Of a stretch of 64,000 nt of DNA, positions 10,244-19,829 are shown piece by piece. The first letter of the stretch is position 1. The number at the start of each line of letters is the position of its first letter. Below the pieces are notes generated by a model, which searched no databases, was not told the origin of the DNA, and was given only the letters and a program-made list of their open reading frames with translations. The stretch is from contig CAYRSV010000002.1 of the NCBI GenBank assembly GCA_964427115.1, forward strand, positions 60,772 to 124,771, given 5' to 3'. The translations under genes were made by a program, and so were the position numbers. The DNA comes from an uncultured Candidatus Bathyarchaeia archaeon. Lineage in GTDB: Archaea > Thermoproteota > Bathyarchaeia > Bathyarchaeales > Bathycorpusculaceae.

Positions 10244-11581
10244 ATGAGGAAAACCATATTCAAGAAGCTGGAAGCCCAAGGTTTAATTGCTAACTACAAT
10301 AGGCTTCGCAAAAATCTGCCCCCGAAGTTACCTGACCGCGTCTACATGGTGGATGAGAGCTTCCGGGAAGGAATTAAGGCGCCAACTGTATTTTTAACTT
10401 ACGTTGAAAAAGTCAAACTTGCCAAAATGATGGATGAAACTGGTATAAGTGTTATCAATATTGGTTTTCCAGGTTTATCCGAAGACGAGAAACGTAGCAT
10501 CAAGCGTATTGTGAATGAAAGTTTCGAAAACTCTAAACTTACAGCTTCATCAGCCGCAACGAAAGCTCATGTCGATGCCTGCATGGAAGTAGGCATGAAA
10601 GAAATCAACATAGAAACCCCCTTCAACGGTTTAAATTTACAGTATAGGCTAAAAACCACCAAGGAAGATCACCTCAAACGAGTAGTAGAAAGCGTCAGTT
10701 ACGCCAAAAAACATGGTTTAACTGTAAATTTTGTTCTTTCCGATGGAACCCGAACTCCACTGGAGGATATAATTCAAATCTTTGAAGCTGTTGCAGCTGC
10801 TGGCGCATCAAAATTGGCCATAGCTGACACGGTAGGCTTCATTAGACCTTTAGCGATGCGTTATCTTATGGGTCATATCCGTGATGGGCTCTCAAGTTCG
10901 GTTAAGCAAAAAGTGCCCCTCTCAGTTCACTGCCATAACGACTTTGGTTTAGCTACCGCAAATACACTTGCCGCAGTTGAAGAAGGCGCATCATACCTGC
11001 ATACCACTCTTATTGGGTTCGGTGAACGTGCAGGCCTAGCACCTTTTGAAGAAGTGGTAACTGCCTTAGAGCTTCTTTATAACCTTGATACAGGTGTAGA
11101 CATGGAACGTATCTATCGCCTTGCGCAACTGGCAGAAAAATCTTTTGCTTTGCCTATCCAGTTCCATAAGCCAATTGTTGGCGACACAACTTTTTCTCAT
11201 GAAGTGGATGAACATGTAGAAGGCATGCTTGCACACCCACTTATGTTTGAGCCTTTCCCACCAGCAATAGTAGGGCGTGAAACCTCACTTTTCGTAGGCA
11301 GAAATACTGGGCAAACACTGCTTCAAAGCCTTCTTGAGAAGGCCGGTATACGCGCCTCCGCACGTCAAATGGATGAAATCCTAAGGTACATAAGAGGTCC
11401 ACAAGAAAGCCTCGACAAAGGTGAAGCTCAAATGACTTTCTACCAAGTTAAAAAACTTTTGCGCGATTTGCAGAAAGGCTTAGATATGCATGAGTTCTGG
11501 CGTGTAGTCGAACAGGTAACTAGGCAAAAACCCAAGTTACCACCATCGGGCGGAAAATCTGTTACGCCAGTTACAACATAA
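10244..11581 (+). CDS. HMGL-like (isopropylmalate / homocitrate / citramalate synthase family) protein, divergent
   Basis: Metal-site motif SVHCHNDFGLATANTLAAVEEGA present. The N-terminal motif is VDESFREGIKAP instead of the canonical DTTLRDGEQ. Confidence 0.8.
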   Translation: MRKTIFKKLEAQGLIANYNRLRKNLPPKLPDRVYMVDESFREGIKAPTVFLTYVEKVKLAKMMDETGISVINIGFPGLSEDEKRSIKRIVNESFENSKLTASSAATKAHVDACMEVGMKEINIETPFNGLNLQYRLKTTKEDHLKRVVESVSYAKKHGLTVNFVLSDGTRTPLEDIIQIFEAVAAAGASKLAIADTVGFIRPLAMRYLMGHIRDGLSSSVKQKVPLSVHCHNDFGLATANTLAAVEEGASYLHTTLIGFGERAGLAPFEEVVTALELLYNLDTGVDMERIYRLAQLAEKSFALPIQFHKPIVGDTTFSHEVDEHVEGMLAHPLMFEPFPPAIVGRETSLFVGRNTGQTLLQSLLEKAGIRASARQMDEILRYIRGPQESLDKGEAQMTFYQVKKLLRDLQKGLDMHEFWRVVEQVTRQKPKLPPSGGKSVTPVTT

Positions 11582-11613
11582 GCGTTTTTCCCTTTTTGTT
11601 TTTTATTTTTAGT
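11582..11613 (+). terminator. oligo-T tract after the HMGL-like gene
   Basis: gcgtttttccctttttgttttttattttt directly after the stop codon. Archaeal termination uses oligo-T runs. Confidence 0.4.
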
Positions 11614-12639
11614 CTATTTTATCATTAGCTGTTGTTTTATTATATCCGTCTCTTCTGGACGTAGTTTGCGGGGGTAATTGTAGATTGGTCCACTTGGCCT
11701 TTCGTTGTAAAATGGTCGATTGCAGTTCGGACAACCTGAAGTGAGAAATGGTTTTCCAGTTTCTACAAGTTGAGTTAGCATTTTATTATCAATATTATAG
11801 CTAACAATGTTGCCTTGTGTATCAAATTGTATGTCTTCAAATCGCAGCATTCTGTGAACAATCAGATATCTTGCAAGCTGTATACGTCTGTATGACGTAA
11901 GTTGCGGTTGAGGCTTTTCCGCAAGCGCTGTACCCCGAACGGGCGTAAACGCAAAAAGCACAGGCAAAACCCTGAAATCTACGCATTCTTGAACGAAGTG
12001 TGCTGCCTCTTTTTCTGTTTCCCCTAACCCGACAATCAAATGTATGCTTATGTTTTCCGCTCCGAATACTTTGATTGCTTCCTGCATCTGTCTAAACTGC
12101 TCTGGCCAGCTATAAGGTCCATTTACACTTGAGCCTTTTACTTTGTCAAAGAGCTTTTGGGTTGCTGTATCTATAGCTATGCCGATTCTGTCCACACCTG
12201 CTTGAGCTAATCGCTGTATATTATCTACATTTAGTGGCTGACAAGAAACTGAAATAGGGATGTCCGCGTTCTGCTTAATTGCTTTTACAATGGCTGAAAG
12301 GTCATCAAAAACAGATGGATAATTTAATGCTTGAATGCAGACGCGATAAATTTTTCTTGCCCTCGCAGTATTTCTTATTTGTCCAATGACTGTCTGAGTT
12401 GAGAAAACTGGCCATGAAACACGCGATAATAACTCTATTCTGCTTTGGCTGTTTTTGGCTTGCGGACAGAATCCGCAGTTTGCAGTACACTTGCCCGATT
12501 TGTAGGTCATAAGATAGGCTGTTGAAGGTTCAGCGTCAAGTTTACCTTCCAAAAGTCCCATGACCATGGCAGAACCTGTTGAAACCCTTATTTGTGGAGG
12601 TAACTTTTCATTTAGGGGTTCTTGCTTTTTCCAAAACAA
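11614..12639 (-). CDS. radical SAM protein, biotin/lipoyl synthase-related (possible archaeal LipS-type lipoyl synthase component)
   Basis: CTANCGFCPQ radical-SAM motif, C-terminal SGCPNCNRPFYNE cysteine pair, near lplA. Confidence 0.8.
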   Translation of the reverse strand: MFWKKQEPLNEKLPPQIRVSTGSAMVMGLLEGKLDAEPSTAYLMTYKSGKCTANCGFCPQAKNSQSRIELLSRVSWPVFSTQTVIGQIRNTARARKIYRVCIQALNYPSVFDDLSAIVKAIKQNADIPISVSCQPLNVDNIQRLAQAGVDRIGIAIDTATQKLFDKVKGSSVNGPYSWPEQFRQMQEAIKVFGAENISIHLIVGLGETEKEAAHFVQECVDFRVLPVLFAFTPVRGTALAEKPQPQLTSYRRIQLARYLIVHRMLRFEDIQFDTQGNIVSYNIDNKMLTQLVETGKPFLTSGCPNCNRPFYNERPSGPIYNYPRKLRPEETDIIKQQLMIK

Positions 12640-12856
12640 GATATTTCCCTCATAGAAGATAAGTGAGAACGCACATATTAATTGTGAAGTAATTCTATAC
12701 TTTGTGATACTTCTTTCCCAGATTAAACAAAAGCCAAGTAGTTTAATCTTGTATGAACAAAATAAGAAACTAACTACAATATTAGTTTAACATACAGACT
12801 AAGGCTACTTGATTATTGCGGGGCTCGATTAAACCGTAGGCCCCTATGAAGTACAT

Positions 12857-12928
12857 TTACTTCTTTTTGCCAGTCTTTTCTTCATGCTTTTTCTTTTTTG
12901 CTGCATTCTTTTTTGCAAGTGAAGGCAT
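12857..12928 (-). CDS. candidate 23-aa Lys-rich small ORF
   Basis: On the minus strand, GGAGGG, a 7-nt spacer, then ATG. Encodes MPSLAKKNAAKKKKHEEKTGKKK plus stop. A GGGGC/GCCCC hairpin lies downstream. Confidence 0.3.
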   Translation of the reverse strand: MPSLAKKNAAKKKKHEEKTGKKK

Positions 12929-13124
12929 AAATAGTCCCTCCTAATTTGTGCCTGCTCACATGTAGCTTGGTCGGTTATTAGACTGTTTCTATAAACGAGC
13001 CTCCACGGTAGGCAAAATATGCATTTGAGACTGATATCACGCTATTTTTTCTTCTTTTATATTTGTATGAAGGACAATTCTTAATTATCTCTGCTAATAC
13101 CTTAGTCTGCTTTGAGGAATTACA

Positions 13125-14180
13125 ATGGTACAAATGGACTTTGGCGGCGTAAAAGAAACCGTCGTTACAAGAAATGAGTTCACTGTTGAGCAAGCCCAAG
13201 CAGTGCTTAAAGATGAGGTTGTTGCAGTACTGGGCTATGGCATTCAGGGGCGTGCACAAGCCCTTAACATGCGCGATAATGGAATCAAAGTCATTGTTGG
13301 ACAAAGCACGCTGTTTCCTGAAACTTATGAACAAGCTGTTAAAGACGGCTGGGTCCCAGAAGAAACGCTCTTCTCAGTCGAGGAAGCTGCAAAACGTGGT
13401 ACAATCAAAATGTATTTGCTGACAGATGCAGCACAAAAAGAAGTATGGCCAAAAATCAAAGACTTCTTCAAAGAAGGTGACGCACTCTACTTCTCCCACG
13501 GCTTTAGTATAGTATACGGAAATATGACTGGTGTGATTCCGCCTAAAAACATCGACGTCATACTGGTAGCTCCCAAAGGCTCAGGCAATTCTGTAAGGCG
13601 CAACTTTGTAGCTGGCAGCGGTATAAACAGCAGCTTCGCGGTCTATCAGGACTACACTGGAAAAGCAGAGCTACGAACTAAAGCTATAGGAATAGCCATC
13701 GGCTCAGGATATCTATTCCCGACAACATTCGAAAAAGAAGTATACAGCGACCTTACCGGCGAAAGAGGTGTCTTAATGGGTGCCCTAGCTGGCATGATGG
13801 AAGCCCAATACAACACCCTACGTGAGCATGGTCACAGCCCAAGTGAAGCTTTCAACGAAACTGTCGAGGAACTTACCCAAAGCCTAATCCGACTTGTCGA
13901 CGAGAACGGAATGGACTGGATGTACTGTAATTGTAGCGAAACTGCCCGAATCGGCGCGCTTCGTTGGAGAAACCGTTTCCGTGAATGCACAAAACCCCTC
14001 TTTGAGTCACTCTATGAGCTAACGGCAGCAGGTGAAGAAACACGCATCGTTCTTGAAAAGAGCAAAGAGCCAAACTACCGCAAGAAACTTGCAGATGAGC
14101 TCAAAGAAATGGGCAACTCCGAAATGTGGCGTGCAGGAGCCACCGTACGCTCATTAAGACCACAACAACCAAAGCAGTAA
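13125..14180 (+). CDS. ilvC: ketol-acid reductoisomerase
   Basis: VAVLGYGIQGRAQALNMRDNGIKVIVG and the rest match class I KARI. GAGGA lies upstream of the ATG. Confidence 0.93.
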   Translation: MVQMDFGGVKETVVTRNEFTVEQAQAVLKDEVVAVLGYGIQGRAQALNMRDNGIKVIVGQSTLFPETYEQAVKDGWVPEETLFSVEEAAKRGTIKMYLLTDAAQKEVWPKIKDFFKEGDALYFSHGFSIVYGNMTGVIPPKNIDVILVAPKGSGNSVRRNFVAGSGINSSFAVYQDYTGKAELRTKAIGIAIGSGYLFPTTFEKEVYSDLTGERGVLMGALAGMMEAQYNTLREHGHSPSEAFNETVEELTQSLIRLVDENGMDWMYCNCSETARIGALRWRNRFRECTKPLFESLYELTAAGEETRIVLEKSKEPNYRKKLADELKEMGNSEMWRAGATVRSLRPQQPKQ

Positions 14181-14302
14181 ACCTGCTACTTTCTTTTCTT
14201 TGTTAACAGATTTTGATTTTTATTAGTGTTCTTGCTTATTTGCTGAGCTAATCTTTTATACTCGTATATTGCGCTTGTTTAAGCAAGACTTCAGGGACCC
14301 TA

Positions 14303-15658
14303 GTGGCTGAATACACAATATTTGTATCGTTGGCAATCTTCGTTAGCACAATATTTTTGATGATTAAGCGTCCAAGAGGCATACGTTTAGGATACGCAGC
14401 AGGAATTGGAGCAGTATTTTCGCTTCTACTTGGCACGGTTACTTTGGGTCAAGCTGCACAGTCGTTTCTCGATATTTGGGATGCCGCTTTAGCGTTCATC
14501 GGAATTGTGACATTATCGGTGATATTAGATGCCATGGGTTTTTTCAAGTGGGCAGCTTTATGCGTGGTGAAATTTGCGAAAGGGAGTGGTCTGCGGCTCT
14601 ACTTTTATGTGTCTTTGTTGGTCGCTGGGGTAAGTATTCTCTTTGCGAATGATAGTGCGGTCTTAATTTTGACCCCTATTGTACTTGAGATTATCGTGCA
14701 GTTAAAAATTGACGCAAAAGGTCGGATGGCCTATCTGTTCTCGGCTGGGTTAATTGCGGACACTGCAGCTATGCCGCTAATTACGAGCAACCCTATTAAC
14801 ATTCTAAGCGCTGACTTTTTCAAATATACATTTATCGATCATCTGATTTTTATGGGTCCAGTAGCCATAGTAACTATTGCAAGCAGCATTTTGCTGGTAT
14901 ACTTTTTCTTCCGTAAGAAAGTTCCTAAAATTTACGATGTAGGTGCAGTTGACACATTGGCAATGTGTAAAAAATCCATTTCGCCTATTTTATTAAAGAT
15001 CTGCTTTGCTACATTAATCGCTATAGATGTAGGTTATATTATTGCTTCGCTAAGCCGGATTCCTGTCTCGGTAGTAATCTGCTCAGGAGCAATATTCTTA
15101 GCTATTGTATACTGGTCTATGACGAAGGTTTACCCTGTCGGCAATAAGTTTAAAGGTTTAACCCAGCTGGCAAAGGAAATCAACTGGGATATTATTCTCT
15201 TTATGCTCTGCATTTTCCTTGTGGTTCAGGGGTTAGAATCAGCAGGTGTAGTTGAATTTCTAGCATCAACATTTATTATTGTAAGTGATTTGCCTTCTAT
15301 GTTAAGTATATTCATTCCAAGCATAGTTGTTACTATTGGTGCAAGCTTCATGAATAATTGGCCTATGACCATTCTGGGATTGTTATCAATTGAGCAGGTA
15401 GTTGCCGCAGGAATCAATGAAACTGCCGTTACAGGTTTAATATTCAGTAATGTTATCGGAAATAATCTGGGACCTCATTTTTTCCCTCTAGGTTCTCTGG
15501 CAATATTGATGTGGATAGACTGCATGCGCCGCAGAGGGATCCAAATCAGCATTAAAGAATACCTCAAGGTAGGCGCAGTACTCTCTATAATAGAAGTCGC
15601 TGTTGCGTCACTAGTTCTTTGGATAGAACTAAGCTTAGGATTTACGCTAGGTCTATAG
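14303..15658 (+). CDS. ArsB/NhaD-superfamily permease
   Basis: 451 aa, polytopic. SLLVAGVSILFANDSAVLILTPIVL is typical of the arsenical-pump / citrate-transporter-like family. GTG start. Confidence 0.75.
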   Translation: MAEYTIFVSLAIFVSTIFLMIKRPRGIRLGYAAGIGAVFSLLLGTVTLGQAAQSFLDIWDAALAFIGIVTLSVILDAMGFFKWAALCVVKFAKGSGLRLYFYVSLLVAGVSILFANDSAVLILTPIVLEIIVQLKIDAKGRMAYLFSAGLIADTAAMPLITSNPINILSADFFKYTFIDHLIFMGPVAIVTIASSILLVYFFFRKKVPKIYDVGAVDTLAMCKKSISPILLKICFATLIAIDVGYIIASLSRIPVSVVICSGAIFLAIVYWSMTKVYPVGNKFKGLTQLAKEINWDIILFMLCIFLVVQGLESAGVVEFLASTFIIVSDLPSMLSIFIPSIVVTIGASFMNNWPMTILGLLSIEQVVAAGINETAVTGLIFSNVIGNNLGPHFFPLGSLAILMWIDCMRRRGIQISIKEYLKVGAVLSIIEVAVASLVLWIELSLGFTLGL

Positions 15659-16311
15659 AAAGTTCTGCTTGTAGCTGCATTTTCCTCTTATGGAATAAAT
15701 AATTATTGCTCAGCCTTTTGCTAGACTATATTTTTAATCGTGTGGCAGATGGACATTGGGCTTATTAGCCTATACTTTTAAACATGATCTGAATGGAAAA
15801 AATATTAAATCAAATTAAATGCTATGAGTTTATTTTTGTGTTTATTGTTAAAAAGAATCTGTAAAAAGAAAATTAAAATTTATAACGTAGAATGGGCATT
15901 TATTATATTATCAGGTCTCAAAATTAGGGATTGGCGAATCTAGGTTTGTTAACTTAGCGCGGACCTGAAAAGGAACCTTACTGGGGAATGAGGGGACACT
16001 TTTTCCGCGTGTTCGTTAACTCCTGACCCGCCAACCTTCGATGCAACGTTTGATGGCTTCAGGACACAATCTATCCATGCCCAAAAAAGCTATTAAGCGT
16101 TTGTGACTGTAGCGACACAACAACAAACAACAAGTATGGATAATTGCGTGTTTTGTTCTCGAACAAATGTGTAAATGGTGTATCAATTTTTTGTGATTTA
16201 AGGCTTCTTATGGCTGTCAATATTAAAAAGCGCTCCTAAGTGGCAACGTAGCTTTGTTTTTTCTAGGTTGACTTAGCCTTTTGTCTTATGGGCTTGATTT
16301 TTAACGGAAAA

Positions 16312-16384
16312 TAGTACTTGAAATTGGTAGTACTTGCTGTATTGATATAAAGCTTATAAGTAGTACTAGCTTATTGGTAGTACT
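16312..16384 (+). promoter_or_regulatory. four TAGTACT boxes, putative VapB operator
   Basis: TAGTACT at 16312, 16328, 16361 and 16378. The core AGTACT is palindromic. The boxes sit immediately upstream of, or overlapping, the vapB start region. Confidence 0.5.
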
Positions 16385-16394
16385 GTGGACACGT

Positions 16395-16625
16395 ATGGAT
16401 GATGAAGTCATAGTTACACGCAAAGGTCAAACAACCATTCCGATTAAGCTTCGCGAAAAGTACAACATCGAAGAGGGCACCCGTCTTCAAGTCATAGATA
16501 CTCCTGATGGTATTCTTCTAAGACCGAAAAAATCTACGCTTGATCTTGCTGGCTCAGGTGCTAGATATGCTACGCCTGACGAAATGAGACTGCTTCTGTC
16601 AAAAATAAGGGACTTAGATGCCTAA
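16395..16625 (+). CDS. vapB: AbrB/SpoVT-type antitoxin
   Basis: VTRKGQTTIPIKLREKYNIEEGTRLQVIDTPDGILLRP swapped-hairpin motif. The ATG at 16395 is preferred over the TTG at 16374, which lies inside the operator repeats. Confidence 0.85.
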   Translation: MDDEVIVTRKGQTTIPIKLREKYNIEEGTRLQVIDTPDGILLRPKKSTLDLAGSGARYATPDEMRLLLSKIRDLDA

Positions 16626-17004
16626 AACGGTGTATGACACTCGATTCTTCATAGAACACTACTACAGCAGAGAACCCTCACAGTTAAAGAAGACTAAGGA
16701 GGCAATCCGAAAAGTCAAAGAGAGATTTGTCTCAGCAATTGTTCTGCATGAAATATATTGGCTCACCCTTGAACAGGAAGGGCAAGATACAGCTACCATG
16801 CGGTCAAGCCTCATAGAAAAAGACTTTAAAATTGTGAAAGTCGACGCAGAAATCGCCAAAAGCAGTGCCTACCTTCGCCGTAAATACCATATGGGCATGG
16901 CTGAAAGTATAATTGCTGCGACCGCTCAAGTTCTCAAAGCCACCTGCCTATCGGACGATCCTCACTTCAAAAGTGTAACTGAAATTAGAACCACCTGGAT
17001 TTAA
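16618..17004 (+). CDS. vapC: PIN-domain toxin
   Basis: YDTRFF (N-terminal acidic site), ESIIAATA, LSDDPHF. Overlaps vapB by 8 nt. Confidence 0.85.
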   Translation: MPKTVYDTRFFIEHYYSREPSQLKKTKEAIRKVKERFVSAIVLHEIYWLTLEQEGQDTATMRSSLIEKDFKIVKVDAEIAKSSAYLRRKYHMGMAESIIAATAQVLKATCLSDDPHFKSVTEIRTTWI

Positions 17005-17391
17005 CTAACTCATACGTCTCAAATATTTCCTTGAATTTATTGTTGCTCAGCGGTCTTTAATGTCCAAAGATTACGAATTTGCTTTTTGGGTTGTTATTGG
17101 CATATTCTATTTTCATAATCTTGATGTCTGATAGGTCAGGTTTGTGTCTTCTTGTCAATTAACCATTGCGGGTTAGATCAATTTTGACAATTTTGGCTGC
17201 AAAATCTTGTTCTTTGCCGACCTTATCATGGGCATTAGTTTGTCCGCGTATGTTTTCCTTTTGGTAATACGAATGAAATGGTTTCTATCTAAAATCGGCT
17301 TCAAATGCGTATTCGATGCTGAGAAGTCGTAATTCGTGCTAAAAACTCCACAGCTAACTGACTGTAAGGCTTTTAACGAACTTTTATTGGG

Positions 17392-17643
17392 TCATTTAAG
17401 ATCGGCTGATTTTCCTTGCATACAATAGTATAGCTGGTTTAGCTTGTAATTTTTATATACTGAACATTGGGGGCAGATACAGCCGTTTTGTGTAACTTTT
17501 TCGACAGCTTTACCCCTGCCACAGAAAAGGTTGCTAGTTAAATTAGATTTTTTGTAGGTAGGACAAGTAGGGCATATACACATATTTGCATTCTCATCGT
17601 TAACAAGGACAATATTTCCCATAAAATTACCAAAAATTAACAC
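17392..17643 (-). CDS. small Cys-rich protein with internal duplication (DUF2769-like)
   Basis: Two copies of C-I-C-P-x-C-x-x-Y-K..C-x-x-G-K (CICPTCPTYKK..FCGRGKA and CICPQCSVYKN..YCMQGKS). The start may be the internal Met at 17622. Confidence 0.6.
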   Translation of the reverse strand: MLIFGNFMGNIVLVNDENANMCICPTCPTYKKSNLTSNLFCGRGKAVEKVTQNGCICPQCSVYKNYKLNQLYYCMQGKSADLK

Positions 17644-17725
17644 GGCTAAACGCTAATAACGTTATGTTGTTGCTTATTCTAACCAACAAACCTCTTCCAT
17701 TTAGTGGCATGGACAGTGTTCCTAT

Positions 17726-18277
17726 CTATTGCTGGGTCGTCAAGACCCTAACGACTTTTGCCATTACTGCTTCAGGTAGCTTTTCCCTGTTTTCAGTTGT
17801 AATTGTAATGATTTCGCTATCTTCTCGACTTTTAGCTTCAATAGCTAGTTTATCAGACGTTTTCCAATGCACAACTGCAAAGACTATCTTGCTGCTTGCA
17901 AGTGCTTTTCGTGTCGCTTCTTTAAATCTTTCAGAGAAAAGCTCCATGGGTCCGATTTCATCTATTATGACTACATTGCAGGTTTCAACTGCCTTGTTGA
18001 TAGCTTGAACGCCAACAGAGTCTAAATCATCAAGGTTAACGTGGTACTTACCCAATTGCGGTCCGCCTTTCTGGTTGACTTTAGCTAGCCATCCCTGCCT
18101 ACCAGTCAATAGATCAATAATTTCAAAACCTATACGAGTATTACCTTTGCGAACTTCCCGGTTTACCATCCCTCCGATGCTAAAACCCTTCGCTTTGAGA
18201 TCGCCAACAATTTTTAGCAATGCAGTAGTCTTTCCTATGCCCGGACTACCTGTTAATATAAATACCCGTTTCTCCAA
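17726..18277 (-). CDS. THEP1-type nucleoside-triphosphatase
   Basis: Walker A LTGSPGIGKTT, VIIDEIGPME Walker B; ~180 aa. Confidence 0.85.
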   Translation of the reverse strand: MEKRVFILTGSPGIGKTTALLKIVGDLKAKGFSIGGMVNREVRKGNTRIGFEIIDLLTGRQGWLAKVNQKGGPQLGKYHVNLDDLDSVGVQAINKAVETCNVVIIDEIGPMELFSERFKEATRKALASSKIVFAVVHWKTSDKLAIEAKSREDSEIITITTENREKLPEAVMAKVVRVLTTQQ

Positions 18278-18346
18278 GCTGCTTCGCCTTAGTTAACCAG
18301 AAATCTAATATGTGCATAAATTCCTTTTCAACACCAAATAATAACA

Positions 18347-19579
18347 GTGCTCTGGCGTAAACTAATGGTAGCTGAGAAATTCGAGGCAAATTTTCCAACC
18401 GAGGTAATTACTGAAGGTAAAATCAAAATATTAGCTCCCAAACTAGATGCCTACGGTGTGACTCCTTCAGATTATGCACCCAGTCGCGCCCCCGTATTTT
18501 ATAATCCTGTTATGGAGTTTAACCGTGACCTAACAATCCTTGCCTTTCAGGCTTACCAACGCATGGTAAACCGAAAAATTACCATATGTGAGCCTCTCAC
18601 GGGCACAGGCATCCGAAGTGTAAGGTTTGCAGCTGAAATTCAAGGCATAAAAAAGGTCATATGCGGAGATATCAACCAGCGTTCCGTAAAGCTTGCAGCT
18701 TACAATATTACATTAAACGGGCTCCAGAAGTGGGTCAGTGTAAAGCATAAAGATGCTAATCGCCTTCTAGCTGAGCATAGTGCCCCTAAAACTCGTTTTG
18801 ACATTATTGATATAGATCCGTTTGGTACGCCTGTTCCGCATTTGGATTCTGCCCTTAGTGCACTGCGTAACGATGGCTTGCTGGCAGCAACAGCCACCGA
18901 TATGGCACCTTTATGTGGGGTTCATACTAGAGCTTGTTTGCGAAAATATGGCGGGCGTCCTATACGTACTGAGTACTGCCACGAATTGGCTATCCGATTT
19001 TTAGCCAGTGCAGTTGCGATAACGGCGGGTAAGCGTGACATAGGCGTCCGTGTATTATTTAGCCATTGCAGCGACCACTACATTCGATTATACTCGCAAA
19101 TTGACTACGGCGCTCAAAAAGCTGACGAAAACATTAAAAACATAGGTTTCATTCTGCACTGCTTTAATTGTCTTCACCGCGAAACTGTAACTCACCTTTT
19201 CGGCATATCCACTAAATGCCCAGAGTGCGGAGCCCAAATGGATTACGCCGGACCGCTTTGGATAGGTAAAATATTCGATGCCTCCTTTGTTGAATCAATG
19301 CTGGCTGAAAACTCTCGTGTTGCCTTCAAAAATAGCAACAAAATCAACAAGCTTCTCTCATTAATCAAAGAAGAAGCAGATACGCCTCCAACATACTATG
19401 TTTTAGACAGGATTAATAAGAAAATGAATTTACCTTCAGTTCCAGTAGCAACATTCTTTCAGGCTCTAATAGAAGCTGGATTCAAGGCAGTACCAACGCA
19501 TTTCAATACGCGAGGAATTCGAACTACAGCAACCTCAACCGATATGCAAAAAATTCTGAAAAAACTGGTCAAGCCATAG
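18347..19579 (+). CDS. trm1: tRNA (guanine26-N2)-dimethyltransferase
   Basis: PVFYNPVMEFNRDL, IDPFGTP, Zn-ribbon CFNCLH..CPECG. The start could be the ATG at 18365. Confidence 0.9.
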   Translation: MLWRKLMVAEKFEANFPTEVITEGKIKILAPKLDAYGVTPSDYAPSRAPVFYNPVMEFNRDLTILAFQAYQRMVNRKITICEPLTGTGIRSVRFAAEIQGIKKVICGDINQRSVKLAAYNITLNGLQKWVSVKHKDANRLLAEHSAPKTRFDIIDIDPFGTPVPHLDSALSALRNDGLLAATATDMAPLCGVHTRACLRKYGGRPIRTEYCHELAIRFLASAVAITAGKRDIGVRVLFSHCSDHYIRLYSQIDYGAQKADENIKNIGFILHCFNCLHRETVTHLFGISTKCPECGAQMDYAGPLWIGKIFDASFVESMLAENSRVAFKNSNKINKLLSLIKEEADTPPTYYVLDRINKKMNLPSVPVATFFQALIEAGFKAVPTHFNTRGIRTTATSTDMQKILKKLVKP

Positions 19580-19829
19580 GTTTTCTATTAAACCTAAAAT
19601 TGCTTGTGATTACGCAATACAGCGTTCATTCTTAATTTTATATTCAATCTATGCGGCTAACTAAGAAGTGGGATGACTATTAGTGATTTCACACTAACGG
19701 ATGTTAAAATAAAGAATGTGTAGAGGACGAAGAAAAATGGATGCGTAATATTTTGAATATGGTCTATGGATGAAAGGTTTAAGAGCGTAAAGGGAGAGGT
19801 AAATAACAAAATGTAGGTGGATTTGCTTG

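Noticed and set aside
12978-13334. 118-aa minus-strand ORF overlapping the ilvC start.
   Set aside because: It overlaps a confident gene, and its Cys/Asn-rich translation has no motif.
17005-17391. Short minus-strand ORF pieces (for example MKIEYANNNPKSKFVIFGH) that could be a decayed gene.
   Set aside because: The fragments are under 30 aa, interrupted by stops in every frame, and have no recognisable family signal.
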